From positions 62,001-126,000 of the IMG/VR virus record IMGVR_UViG_3300044701_003160: a DNA stretch of 64,000 nucleotides. One strand, written 5' to 3'. Positions within the stretch are counted from its first letter, which is position 1; each line of letters starts with the position of its first letter. Positions 1 to 10,268 of this stretch are shown piece by piece. Made by a program: the position numbers and the translations under genes. The notes beneath the pieces were generated by a model. It saw only the letters and a list, made by a program, of their open reading frames with translations. It did no database searches and was not told where the DNA came from.

Positions 1-817
1 CTGCTCCACGATCAGGTGTTACTATTATTTGATCACCTGGTTGATATCCAAATCCAGGATTATCAATATCTATATCTTCTATCTCAAGAATTACTGGATA
101 TATTGATGGTTGTATGGGTGGGATACTTGGTGGAATAAGTATGTCTTCTGGTTCTAATTCTGGAGTTACATTTGGTGGTACAACAACATAAGTTCCATCA
201 GGTTTTTGAATTAGACCCTGCTCTGGTCTTTTAATTACCCTACCACCACCACTATAACTGCCATCTGGAGCAGCAAGATATCCATCACCAGGTGCTTTAA
301 TTTTTATTCGAGTAACACTTCCATTACTTATTTCTGTTTGCAATTTACTTCCAGATCCCTTTCCAGACTGATCAACAAGTTGTGCGAAGGGTGGTGAGGT
401 ATAATTTTTTCCACCATTAACAATATCAAATCCAATAACTCCAGAAGAAACTGGACTTATAATTGTATTTGCCTGTACACCTAAACCTTCCCCACCAAAA
501 ATATTTAAAATTGGAGGTCCAGAGGGTTTTGCTCCTGTATCGCAAGGAGATGATGTTGCCAAATCGTTAGATGGAACTAAAGCATTAACTTGACTTATTG
601 TTAATTCTTGTTGAATCCTATTCTTATCTTGAAAATAAAAAAGTTGTGATGGATTTGCGGCCGCGATTTTATTTGCTTCACTTCTTGTCACATCATTTAC
701 TCTCATTTCATCAATATCATAAAAAGAAACTCTTATAGGATCATTTTTAAATCCATTAAATTCTTTTCTTTTTTTATCTTGACGATCTACAAATTCCTCT
801 CTAAGTAATTCTGTCAT
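1..817 (-). CDS. Partial baseplate hub-associated protein (likely C-terminal part of cyanophage gp5), runs off window edge
   Basis: Not in ORF track; manual translation from ATG at 817 (MTELLREEFVDRQ...) is open to base 1 and has Gly-rich motifs (DIVNGGKNYTSPP, IKAPGDGY, DIDNPGFGYQPGD); start overlaps upstream stop (ATGA). Confidence 0.6.
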   Translation of the reverse strand, partial: MTELLREEFVDRQDKKRKEFNGFKNDPIRVSFYDIDEMRVNDVTRSEANKIAAANPSQLFYFQDKNRIQQELTISQVNALVPSNDLATSSPCDTGAKPSGPPILNIFGGEGLGVQANTIISPVSSGVIGFDIVNGGKNYTSPPFAQLVDQSGKGSGSKLQTEISNGSVTRIKIKAPGDGYLAAPDGSYSGGGRVIKRPEQGLIQKPDGTYVVVPPNVTPELEPEDILIPPSIPPIQPSIYPVILEIEDIDIDNPGFGYQPGDQIIVTPDRGA

Positions 818-2187
818 TTGAAAGCAGTACTATAGTCTGGTTGATTTGAAGAACTTCCATTTCCAGATCCATAAGAGAATACTGGATTTGGTCCAATTAA
901 CTTATCAAAAGAAACCTGAGGATCTCCACCCTGAGAGAATGCTCCCGCCAAATTAATTTCTTGTTGTTGAGGACATGCTGCATCATCATCACATTTGAAA
1001 AAGTTAAGAATACCATTTGCAAAATCTAATGCATTAAATATAGAATCTATGGCACCAGTTACAAGACCAACACCCTGAGAAAATAATGCAATTGCAGTTT
1101 GTACTGCATTTGTAATTTGATCTAAAATACCAAAGTTATTTAATAAGTCAGATACAAAACTTTCAACAAAACAAAATGCAGTATCAATAAGTTTATCAAG
1201 TAAACCTGATAATATATTTCCAATTAAACCTGGAAGTTGTCTTACTAATTTATTAAACAAACAAGAAAGAAGATTGGTTCCTTCATTTATTTTCTTCATA
1301 AATTTTGGCATCTCACTTGGAAATAGAAAAGGCAATACCTTTTTTGCAGAATCGGAAACTACATTATAAGCATAACCACGAATACTATCAAATAAACTTT
1401 TTACATATCCTGTAATATCGCCAGTTGCAATATCTAAAACTTTCTGAATAAATTTTTCTCTATCAGGATCTCCACCACCAAAAAGTTCTGCAATCGTATC
1501 ATAATCTTTAATATCATTCAGTAGATTTTGAATTGTTGTTTGAATTCCCTTGAAAGGACTATTATCAGTTTTACAGGGACTTGCGAGTGGTGTTGGTTTT
1601 TTCCTATCAAGATCTTGTTCTGTCCAAGCTTGAACTGCACTGTCACTTAAATGAATTTTATCACCAATTGATTGAATTACTTTCCAATATTCTTGAGTTC
1701 CTATTAAATTGGTTGGGACAAATGCACCTCTTTCTGGTGTTCCTTCTTTATAAGTTTGATTAAAGAGTTGACCACCACCTATTTCACCTTTTGGTTGTTC
1801 TTTTGGAACATCATTATTGGAGTTAATTAATACTCCATCAATATAAGGCTCTTGTCCTGCCATTCCATCTAAGAACCATCCAGTTACAATCGTACCAGAA
1901 GAAAGTGCAGGAGTGTCATGAAATCCACCAAGACCAGAACCTGCAGTAACTGGCATAACCACATTTGCCATAGGCAACTGTTCGTCAGGAAGATCCTGAG
2001 TATTTGCAGAATGCAATCCAAAATATCTTATGCGATATCGATATCCCCATCCTTTTTGTTGTTCTGCTTCACTAAAAAGTTCGTCCTCAATATTTTCCTG
2101 CCAAGATACATCAGAAACTACTCTACCAAACCATCTTGGTACAGAAGAAACTGTATTTAAATCAAAATTTCCAGAATATTCACTCAT
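814..2187 (-). CDS. Baseplate hub gp5 N-terminal (OB-fold) portion
   Basis: WFGRVV...RYRIRYFGLH...LPDEQLPMANVVMPVT...G.IVTGWFLDG...PYIDG matches the T4 gp5 N-terminal pattern; baseplate context. Confidence 0.75.
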   Translation of the reverse strand: MSEYSGNFDLNTVSSVPRWFGRVVSDVSWQENIEDELFSEAEQQKGWGYRYRIRYFGLHSANTQDLPDEQLPMANVVMPVTAGSGLGGFHDTPALSSGTIVTGWFLDGMAGQEPYIDGVLINSNNDVPKEQPKGEIGGGQLFNQTYKEGTPERGAFVPTNLIGTQEYWKVIQSIGDKIHLSDSAVQAWTEQDLDRKKPTPLASPCKTDNSPFKGIQTTIQNLLNDIKDYDTIAELFGGGDPDREKFIQKVLDIATGDITGYVKSLFDSIRGYAYNVVSDSAKKVLPFLFPSEMPKFMKKINEGTNLLSCLFNKLVRQLPGLIGNILSGLLDKLIDTAFCFVESFVSDLLNNFGILDQITNAVQTAIALFSQGVGLVTGAIDSIFNALDFANGILNFFKCDDDAACPQQQEINLAGAFSQGGDPQVSFDKLIGPNPVFSYGSGNGSSSNQPDYSTAFK

Positions 2188-2402
2188 CAGTCATCATACA
2201 TACGGCATTCGAGAGCATCTGGATTTGAATCACAGTAGAGTTCCAAGGGAGTTGGATCGTGTTCATCATCAGGATGTCTTTCTTGATACTTTTTAAGAGC
2301 ATCGAGTTCATCTTCCAAATGACGCCGACGTTGGCTGTTTGTATTGGGACTATCTAATTCGTCCTTATCATTATTAATGTGCTGCTGAAGTGTCCTATCC
2401 AT
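2187..2402 (-). CDS. cp12: CP12 Calvin-cycle inhibitor
   Basis: C-terminal DPTPLELYCDSNPDALECRMYDD CP12 signature; ATG at 2402 preferred to GTG at 2411. Confidence 0.9.
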   Translation of the reverse strand: MDRTLQQHINNDKDELDSPNTNSQRRRHLEDELDALKKYQERHPDDEHDPTPLELYCDSNPDALECRMYDD

Positions 2403-2445
2403 TTGGAACACGATGTTAATTGTTATTATTTATTATCATTTATAC

Positions 2446-3759
2446 TTATTTTCTCCCAATTGATTCTCTTACAAGATTGAGTCTTGTATAACATCCATTT
2501 TTTGTTATATGATTACACAAATCTGCAATCATATAAACTCCACTTACTTTTTGACTTACAAGTTTTGTGGGATTACTAGAAATCTCTGGGAAATCACAGT
2601 AAACTAAATCTCCAGCACGAAGATCGAAGTCTCCTGGAATTGCGATTGAAAGTTTAGTAGAGAAAAGATTATTATATCTCATATAAGATTGTCTTAAAAT
2701 CTCATCATTATTATAGTTTATCTCTTTTGATTTTGGAAGTTGAGACTTTAAATCTTTTCCTTCAACCAAAGCACCTTGGTCATCAAATTTAAAAGATCTT
2801 CTTGATGTTTTATTTTGGATATCTAAGTCTTTTGCAATTACAGGTTGTTCTTTTCCACCAATATTATTTTCTTTAAATTGTTCTTTAGAATCAAAATCAT
2901 TCTTACGATATTTACTTTGATAAGTGTTTACTGCATTAAGTTCTGATTTTAATTGAGATCCTGTAGTTAATATATTTTTAAGATCCAAAGAACTCTCAAA
3001 GGAATATTGTAAAATTTTTGCATCATAAGTTGGTGGAATTTCTCCGATTATATTATTAAATATCAATCTCCTTTTTGGTTTTTGCTCAAACAGTTTATCA
3101 ATTGACTTGAATTTATATCCCTCATAAGTTTCATAAAAGAAAAATCCTGCAAGTTTTCCTTTTGAGTCTGCAACATCAGGTACAGATCTTGGTGCTAACC
3201 ATGCAGATTTATAAAAAGGTTTTTCAACATTCCCAATAAAACTTAGATTGTTTAGTGTAGTATCAATATCAATTTCTTTTTGTGTCTTTAAAACCTCTGT
3301 TAAAATTTTATTTACTGAATCGGATATTTTTCCATCATATCTTTTTTTAACCCGATATTCCACTAACTCATTATCAATTGCTTCCTTAGTGAAAAGATCG
3401 ACTGTAAATGTGACTTTGTTTGTTGTACTTACGGTTTGTCTTGGTTCTTTAATTCGCAAGTGCTTAGAACCAAGAAGTGAGAGTGTTTTATCATATCCAT
3501 CAGTCATCTTAAGTTCAACTTTTTCACCTACAGTAAGTTTAAGACCTTCCTCTTCAGTAACTGCAGAACCTTCTTCTTTTCGATATCCAGTATCTGCAAA
3601 TGTTGCATTAACTCTAATAGTAGGATCTAAAATACTCTCATAATAATTAAGTTCAACAATACCCCCCGACATATCAACTTTAGGTCTACCATAATTTGAA
3701 TAAAATTCAAATAAATCAATTTGGGCTTGGCCGCCTTGTGCTGCAATATTTGCTGGCAT
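2446..3759 (-). CDS. Putative baseplate hub protein (gp27-like)
   Basis: 437 aa, next to gp5; ELNYYESILDP..., FFFYETYEGYKFKS, IAIPGDFDLRAGD, SGVYMIADLCNHI resemble contractile-tail hub proteins. Confidence 0.5.
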   Translation of the reverse strand: MPANIAAQGGQAQIDLFEFYSNYGRPKVDMSGGIVELNYYESILDPTIRVNATFADTGYRKEEGSAVTEEEGLKLTVGEKVELKMTDGYDKTLSLLGSKHLRIKEPRQTVSTTNKVTFTVDLFTKEAIDNELVEYRVKKRYDGKISDSVNKILTEVLKTQKEIDIDTTLNNLSFIGNVEKPFYKSAWLAPRSVPDVADSKGKLAGFFFYETYEGYKFKSIDKLFEQKPKRRLIFNNIIGEIPPTYDAKILQYSFESSLDLKNILTTGSQLKSELNAVNTYQSKYRKNDFDSKEQFKENNIGGKEQPVIAKDLDIQNKTSRRSFKFDDQGALVEGKDLKSQLPKSKEINYNNDEILRQSYMRYNNLFSTKLSIAIPGDFDLRAGDLVYCDFPEISSNPTKLVSQKVSGVYMIADLCNHITKNGCYTRLNLVRESIGRK

Positions 3760-3760
3760 T

Positions 3761-6700
3761 TTATCCTCTACTTAAACTTAAATCAGGCATACTACTATTT
3801 ACTGGAATTGGAACTATCATCGGAAAGTCAATTGATTTTGAAGATGATGGTTTCTCAATATATTGAATCATTGGTTGAATTGCAATCATCATTCCAGATC
3901 CTGGAGTCTCATAAGAAGCAAATGAGTTTGGTATTGTGCGATTTGGTTTTGATGGTGCTATGAGACCACCATCTTGTAATTTTCCTTGTACTTGTATTCC
4001 ACTTTGTCTTAATTGTTCTGCTGTGGAAGGTCTACCCCCAATTTGTGTTGGTTTTTGTGGAGAATTTGATGCCTGACTTTGGGCACTATTATATCTTTGC
4101 TTTTCTTCTGGAGTCCACTTTTTAGCTTTCCATATTCCCTTTTCTATAATACCTTCTTTTCCTCCTTTCATAGCTAATTTATATGTTATCGATGGTTTAA
4201 CATTATCACCAAACAAGAAAGTTTTATCCGCTTTTGAATTTAAAGTTTGCCAATTGGATACCGTATTTCCATTAGGATCATCATATTCAAAGTGTAAATG
4301 TGAACCAGTTGACCCCCCTGTACTACCAACAGTTCCAATCACACTTCCTGCTTTTACTTTACTCCCAACACCAACTTTTCTATCAGATAAATGCGCGTAT
4401 ATTGATTTTGATCTATCAGAATGTTGAATCTCGATCAAGTTTCCATATCCACTAGTCATCGAACCATTAACCTCAGATCTAGTAACCACCCCATCTCTAG
4501 TAATAGTAATAGGAGTTCCATCCGGCATAGGATAATCATTTCCAGAATGCATTTTCCATTCACCAGTTATTGGATGTTTTCTATCACCCGCTTTAGAACC
4601 AAGTTTTGTACTTGGTAGTACTCCACCAGTAAAAGAAGAAGAACTTTCACCTTCTCTAAATTTTGCAGTTCCGTCAGGTGCTTTTGGAACCTTTGATAGA
4701 TATTCTCTATGCTTTTTGGGACCAGTACTACTTTGAATATATTCTGCAGGTCTTTCCCACTTTCTCATCCACCAGTCGGCAGCTTCTTCCGATGAAGAAA
4801 ACTTTTTAGAAAGATATTCTTGTCCAGGTTCTCCGGGTTCTTTTAAAGCATAATCTACTTGTGCCTTCCAATTTTTTTCCCAATCCGGAACTGCTCTCAA
4901 AAATGCTTCTTTTCTTCCCGCAGAAGAATATTGAAATAAACCAATTCCAGGTCCATCAGGTTGTTTTGCATCTACTCTGAATCCACTTTCTCTAAAAATA
5001 TTAGCCATAATTCCAAGTGCCTGAGCGTCACTCATTTTTTTCTCATTAATTAAATACTCATAAATTTCTTTCTGTATTCCTGATGGTGCATATCCACCAT
5101 ATTCTCCACCAGAAGTTCCAGTAAAACCATTACCAGGGCCCTGCATATCATCCTTAGTAGTGTCTTTCTTCAACATCAATTCTTTTTCAATACTCTGAAT
5201 TGCCTCATTAACTCTTTGATCAATTGTAGGACCAATAAGTTTTGCAAGTAAATCACCGGTACTCATATCTCCATAAGATCCTCTCAATTCTCTTGAAGGA
5301 ACTGTACCTCCTTCAGCAAATCCTCTGATTTGAGACATCAAGGAACTCATACTCTTATTTGTTCTTTGATTTGCAAGAGTATCTGCAACATAACCAATAC
5401 TATCAAAGAATGCCTTAAAAACTTTTTTATCTGGTTTTTGTCCTAACGCCATATCAATACCAGAACTCATCACACCAAGAATTCCTTTTGCAAGAGTTTC
5501 GTCAGACTTTAATGTACCCGACATTTTCTTGAGAGTATCAAAGGCAGTTAGATCCTTTTTTTCTCCATCAAATAAAGTTGATAACCAACCTCCAGAAGGT
5601 CTTGTATATTTCTTACTTTCATCTTGCGGTTTTGCATAAAATTCTTTTATTTTCTTTTCTCCACCAACATCTTTACCTGGTTGAGTTTTAGGTAGAGAAA
5701 CTCTTGGTGGTTTTTTTCTTGTTGGAGTAATTGATCTTCTTGATGGACCACCAACTGGTCTTCCACCTCTTGTAGTTCCACCACCTTGATATCTACGAAC
5801 AACTCTTCCTCCACCAGAAAACATCGGAAGCCAAGGAGCATAAGTTTCTTTTATTACCTTTCCAATATCACGAATCAAAAGTAAAATATCAATACCAATA
5901 CTGACTCCACCAAAAATAGCAGCAGCAGGAACACCAACTCCAGTTAATGCAAGAATCGCAGTAATCGTATCAAGGCCTGCAGATACTGATGCTAATGCTC
6001 CACCAATATTATCTCCCGATTTAAACCTTGCTGCTGCGTCAGCTGCTCCAACTGCTGCACCAAGACCAGGAACTGCCGCGCCAGCAAACTTACTTAAAGG
6101 ACCTTTAAGTTTTGCAAATGGTCCTTTGAATAAATTATTCCACCATCCAGGAACTTTACCACCTTTTCCAGTTGTTACTTTCGGTTTTCCTGTTGGTTTC
6201 TTTCCACCTCTACCTTCAGTTACTTTTGGTTTTCCTCCTTTTTTACCTTTCTGTGGTTCAGGTGCGCTTTTCTTTCTCCACTTATTATACTCGTCAACCG
6301 CAGCACCACCAATATCAGCAGCAAGAACACCTACAATAATCGAAGCATTTACAAAAGTATTAAATTGTTTTTCTAACTTATCAAATTCAGTTTGATAATT
6401 ACCACCTACTCCTGCCTTTGCGCTTGCGATGAATCCTAATGTTTTTTCTTTTAAGTCTCCACCAAACTTCACGAGACTCATAAACCCATCAAAGAGTTTA
6501 CCAAACAATCCTTCACCAAACTTATAAATTCCACCTACGATTTTTGCAAACCCTTCAAGTTTTGGTAGAAACTCAAGTATCTTTGGAAGCAACCATCCAA
6601 GAGCAGTAAAGAATAAAAATCTCTTTACACGATCAAGAAATCCTAAAGAAGGTGCAGATATTCCGGGAAGTCTTAATCCTTTTGATTGTGGTGTTTCTAG

Positions 6701-6958
6701 TTTCTTTTCTGCAGCATCAAAATCTTGTTTTTCTTTTTCTTTTCTTTTAACCTCTGCTTTCTTTTGAGATACAATTAAATCTGACTTTAAGAACTTTTCA
6801 ATATTAACTAACTTACCACCAACATCATTACTCTTAACTATTGCTACACTCTTTTTATTAATATTAATTGGAGAAATTAGTCCAGACTTTCCAACTTTTG
6901 TAATTGCCGTAGACTTTGCTGATGGAAGTAGTTTAGAAGGATTTGTAATTTTTGCCAT
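3761..6958 (-). CDS. Tape-measure-like virion protein with phage-tail-lysozyme and M23 peptidase domains
   Basis: AQALGIMANIFRESGF...GIGLFQYS (tail lysozyme); HSGNDY...GYGNLIEIQH...YAHLS...STGSHLHFE (M23); Ala/Gly-rich hydrophobic middle region. Confidence 0.7.
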   Translation of the reverse strand: MAKITNPSKLLPSAKSTAITKVGKSGLISPININKKSVAIVKSNDVGGKLVNIEKFLKSDLIVSQKKAEVKRKEKEKQDFDAAEKKLETPQSKGLRLPGISAPSLGFLDRVKRFLFFTALGWLLPKILEFLPKLEGFAKIVGGIYKFGEGLFGKLFDGFMSLVKFGGDLKEKTLGFIASAKAGVGGNYQTEFDKLEKQFNTFVNASIIVGVLAADIGGAAVDEYNKWRKKSAPEPQKGKKGGKPKVTEGRGGKKPTGKPKVTTGKGGKVPGWWNNLFKGPFAKLKGPLSKFAGAAVPGLGAAVGAADAAARFKSGDNIGGALASVSAGLDTITAILALTGVGVPAAAIFGGVSIGIDILLLIRDIGKVIKETYAPWLPMFSGGGRVVRRYQGGGTTRGGRPVGGPSRRSITPTRKKPPRVSLPKTQPGKDVGGEKKIKEFYAKPQDESKKYTRPSGGWLSTLFDGEKKDLTAFDTLKKMSGTLKSDETLAKGILGVMSSGIDMALGQKPDKKVFKAFFDSIGYVADTLANQRTNKSMSSLMSQIRGFAEGGTVPSRELRGSYGDMSTGDLLAKLIGPTIDQRVNEAIQSIEKELMLKKDTTKDDMQGPGNGFTGTSGGEYGGYAPSGIQKEIYEYLINEKKMSDAQALGIMANIFRESGFRVDAKQPDGPGIGLFQYSSAGRKEAFLRAVPDWEKNWKAQVDYALKEPGEPGQEYLSKKFSSSEEAADWWMRKWERPAEYIQSSTGPKKHREYLSKVPKAPDGTAKFREGESSSSFTGGVLPSTKLGSKAGDRKHPITGEWKMHSGNDYPMPDGTPITITRDGVVTRSEVNGSMTSGYGNLIEIQHSDRSKSIYAHLSDRKVGVGSKVKAGSVIGTVGSTGGSTGSHLHFEYDDPNGNTVSNWQTLNSKADKTFLFGDNVKPSITYKLAMKGGKEGIIEKGIWKAKKWTPEEKQRYNSAQSQASNSPQKPTQIGGRPSTAEQLRQSGIQVQGKLQDGGLIAPSKPNRTIPNSFASYETPGSGMMIAIQPMIQYIEKPSSSKSIDFPMIVPIPVNSSMPDLSLSRG

Positions 6959-6962
6959 CTAC

Positions 6963-9341
6963 TTATCCTCTCAGACCGTAGATTGATGCATACTCTGCTC
7001 TATTATTACTTGGAGCAACTGCAGAAAAATTAGGAACTTCAGATGCACCAGCAAGTCCTGCTGCTCTTGGTCTTGATGATCCACCTCCAGATGCAACCAT
7101 AGGTGGTAGAGTCATCATACCGTTCATTCCCGATCCACCAAAAGTTTTGTATGGAGTAATTGATCTATATCCTCTTCTTGCTGCTTCTGAATTTGGATCC
7201 AGTTTAGCCTGAATTAAATTTGCAATCTCAGATGCTCCTCTTTCAGTTGCTTGTTTAGTAAAAATATATTTGGATTCACCTGGTTGAACTGCAACATTAA
7301 TTAATTGTCTATCGGCTGTCGCTCCAGGAATATTCATTCCAGTATTTTCCTTAATTTCTCCACCTCGCATAAATGGAAGCATAGATGGCATAAAGTTAAG
7401 AGCAGTACCTAGTGTTTTCATTATGCCTAAAGATTTTTTCTTTGCTTTTGGTTTTGCAGGTGCTTCTAGGTTTAACGCGCCGGAGTTGAGTTTCTCTCTA
7501 TATTGATTGAACCTAGAAACTCTATCTTCATATCCATTAATTCCTTTTGGACTGGAAGCAGATGGATTGTTTATTGCTCTAGATGCAGAAAAAACATCAT
7601 TCCAATTATTACCAACTGCAGGTCTTACATTTTCTTTCCAATACATCACAGCAATTTTTGCAGCAATATCACTATTTGTTGCAAGATCTGGATTATTTAC
7701 CAAATCAATTCCCAATTTATCTCCATACTTTTTATAATTATAATCGTGAGTTAATTGGATATATCCTCTACCTTTGTATTTTTTTCCACCACTATAACTG
7801 CTACTTCCACCACCAAGTTCAGTACTCCACTTATATCCTCCAGTTTCGTGAGACATTTGAGATAAGAAAGATGCTAATTCTAATCCCTTTATTCCAGCAG
7901 AGTTGGCGGCTTTTATTAAAGGAAGATCTCCAAACTTGGAAGTTCCAGATAATGGTGATTTTGGTTTTCCTACCATTCCTCCAATATTAAATCTTGGTAT
8001 CATTCCGCCAAGATTAAATCCCCCACCAAATCCAGGAAATCTAAGATTACTCATATTCACGGATCCTGGTTTTCTTCCCGCAAGATATTGTGGTATGTTT
8101 AATGGTTGCCCAGTACGTCTATCAACATATCTTTGTCCAATATCTTGTTGATCTTTTTCTGTGAGAATTGCTTCTCCAGTTTTTGCAGCAATCAGAGTAT
8201 CGTCAGATCCAGCACCAGCAATTGGAACTCCTTGTGAGAAATCCATTCCACCATATGGATTAAATCCTCCCATTTTAAAACTAGGAATCATTCCCCCAAA
8301 ATTAAATTTTGGAACCCGAGTATCTTGTGCTTTATCTACAGATTTTTGTGCTTCATTAAGTTCTGGATTTGTTTTTGGAATTAATCCTGACTCTGGTGTT
8401 TCTTTATCTGTAAATAAATTTCCAATCTCTCTACTTACTAAAGGTGCTGCAGCAAGTGCTAAGAACGCAAGTTTTTTATTTTTTCTTATGAACCCAAATA
8501 TTTTTGGAATATTCATTCCAATCGCAATAATCATTCGGGTAACGCCTTTCAGCAGTCCACGAACTAATTTTCCAAAACCAGTTCCAAATAAAATATAAAG
8601 TCCAGCAAGTGCAGGCCAGTGATCCGATAAGAATTCTATAAAAGAATTAAACTTATTTTGATTTCCTTTATTACTCATCCACTCCATAAAGGAAGTAAAT
8701 CCTCTTCCTAGTAAAGTGAAAAATATGAATTTAAAAATACGATCAATAATTGCCTGAAAAGGTGAAAGTAATTTTTTAGTGGTGGATACTATTGTACCTA
8801 TTCCTTTTTTAAATCCTTCTAATGCAGATTCTTTTTTTCCTCTTCCTTCTGTTTCTTTATCTCTTCTTTCCTTATCAGATTGTTTCTGATCAAATTTAAA
8901 TTTAGAACTTAAAATAGTTAAAATTGAATCTAAAGTATTTTTAATACCATCAGTTTCAAAATTAGAAGATACTGATATTGCATTTGTGGTTGATGCAAGT
9001 TTTCCTTTCTGCGCTTTTATAATTGCTGCAGAAGATGGAAGTTTTTTTTGTCCGGGAATACTAGAAGTCTTAGTAAAACTAACTTTTGTTTTTGCTTTTT
9101 TAACCTTGAATCTAAGACCTTTATCTTTTAAGGTACGAACTCTTTTAAATTCATTTCTTAAAAGTTCATCTTCTTCTCTTGGAAGTTCCTTTCCCGCAAG
9201 TCTTGCTATCGCTAACTTCTTTTTAATAATATCGTGATATGTTTGATAATCTAATTCGACGCCAACATTTAATCCAAGTAACCTGAGAATTACTTCATCA
9301 ATTGATTCAGATTTTACTTTGTTACTTGGATTACTAACCAT
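6963..9341 (-). CDS. Tape-measure-like virion protein with GH19 (chitinase/lysozyme-like) domain
   Basis: FLSQMSHETGG...YKGRGYIQLTHDYNY...AVMYWK...NGYEDRVSRF is GH19; repeated FNxGG motifs. Confidence 0.7.
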   Translation of the reverse strand: MVSNPSNKVKSESIDEVILRLLGLNVGVELDYQTYHDIIKKKLAIARLAGKELPREEDELLRNEFKRVRTLKDKGLRFKVKKAKTKVSFTKTSSIPGQKKLPSSAAIIKAQKGKLASTTNAISVSSNFETDGIKNTLDSILTILSSKFKFDQKQSDKERRDKETEGRGKKESALEGFKKGIGTIVSTTKKLLSPFQAIIDRIFKFIFFTLLGRGFTSFMEWMSNKGNQNKFNSFIEFLSDHWPALAGLYILFGTGFGKLVRGLLKGVTRMIIAIGMNIPKIFGFIRKNKKLAFLALAAAPLVSREIGNLFTDKETPESGLIPKTNPELNEAQKSVDKAQDTRVPKFNFGGMIPSFKMGGFNPYGGMDFSQGVPIAGAGSDDTLIAAKTGEAILTEKDQQDIGQRYVDRRTGQPLNIPQYLAGRKPGSVNMSNLRFPGFGGGFNLGGMIPRFNIGGMVGKPKSPLSGTSKFGDLPLIKAANSAGIKGLELASFLSQMSHETGGYKWSTELGGGSSSYSGGKKYKGRGYIQLTHDYNYKKYGDKLGIDLVNNPDLATNSDIAAKIAVMYWKENVRPAVGNNWNDVFSASRAINNPSASSPKGINGYEDRVSRFNQYREKLNSGALNLEAPAKPKAKKKSLGIMKTLGTALNFMPSMLPFMRGGEIKENTGMNIPGATADRQLINVAVQPGESKYIFTKQATERGASEIANLIQAKLDPNSEAARRGYRSITPYKTFGGSGMNGMMTLPPMVASGGGSSRPRAAGLAGASEVPNFSAVAPSNNRAEYASIYGLRG

Positions 9342-9513
9342 TGGCTCTTTGCTGTGCCCGTTGTTCTTCTTCTTCCAGATGCTGTTTTAGTAAAATCACA
9401 TAAATGTCCCTTTCCCAAGGTATCATATTTTCAATCTCTGTTAATGAATATTTATGATACTGCATTAAGGAAAAATTTAACTTGAAGTAACTCTCCAAGT
9501 CCATATGACTCAT
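9334..9513 (-). CDS. Baseplate hub assembly catalyst gp51
   Basis: 59 aa, below track cutoff: MSHMDLESYFKLNFSLMQYHKYSLTEIENMIPWERDIYVILLKQHLEEE...; LMQYHKYSLTEIENMIPWER motif; follows gp26. Confidence 0.85.
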   Translation of the reverse strand: MSHMDLESYFKLNFSLMQYHKYSLTEIENMIPWERDIYVILLKQHLEEEEQRAQQRANG

Positions 9514-9515
9514 TC

Positions 9516-10235
9516 CTATGCGAAAAAACTTGATAACCCTTCTAGAACAACTTCACTTTCAACTTCTGTCTTTGGATTTTTAACTTTAATTGTATGAGAA
9601 AGTTTAGGCATCGTTTCAAAGAACTTTTCAATTTCTTTGAATTGTGATGAGTTCATTTGATCTAAAAACTCCATTAATTCTTTCTTAGTTACATCTGCTG
9701 CAACCCAGACTTCATCCTCAGTATAAATTTTATCTACACAAGAACCAATCAATTCAAATGATTGATCCATCGTACCATCAGCAGAAAGATCAAAGTTACT
9801 CTTAATAAACTGTTCTAATGATGGATACTTCATCTCCATCACGATTGAATCATCAAGTTTAATTCTATTATTATGTTCTGAATTTTTTTGAACTTGAATA
9901 TCATCTACAAGAATCTTAACAGGAACAGTAGTCTCTCCATCATCCGGACAGATGATATTCACTTCAATCTCTTCTCCAACTGACTTACCGCGAATGTTGA
10001 GAAAGAGATATTCAATATCAAAAGTAGGAAGAGACTCTACTTTAATTCCTTTAGTCTCAATACAATTTTTAATGACTGTTTTGATCGCGGTAGTAATCTG
10101 TTTGGTATCTTCAGATTCTAATGCAATCACTAATAGTTTTTCTTCTTTTACTAGAAAGGGTCTGTATTTGATTGTTTGTCCAGTTGAAGGCAACTCAAGT
10201 TCATAAGTTGGTGTAGAAATCTTAGGTAAAGGCAT
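9516..10235 (-). CDS. Baseplate hub subunit gp26
   Basis: MPLPKISTPTYELELPSTG..IKYRPFLVKEEK...FDIEYLFLNIRGKSVGE. Confidence 0.9.
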   Translation of the reverse strand: MPLPKISTPTYELELPSTGQTIKYRPFLVKEEKLLVIALESEDTKQITTAIKTVIKNCIETKGIKVESLPTFDIEYLFLNIRGKSVGEEIEVNIICPDDGETTVPVKILVDDIQVQKNSEHNNRIKLDDSIVMEMKYPSLEQFIKSNFDLSADGTMDQSFELIGSCVDKIYTEDEVWVAADVTKKELMEFLDQMNSSQFKEIEKFFETMPKLSHTIKVKNPKTEVESEVVLEGLSSFFA

Positions 10236-10268
10236 AATGTCCTATAGAAACTTCAGTATGTTTATTTA

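Noticed and set aside
1581-9237. Many 60-145 aa plus-strand ORFs opposite structural genes
   Set aside because: Antisense shadows of long, motif-supported minus-strand genes; the same applies to similar short ORFs throughout the window.
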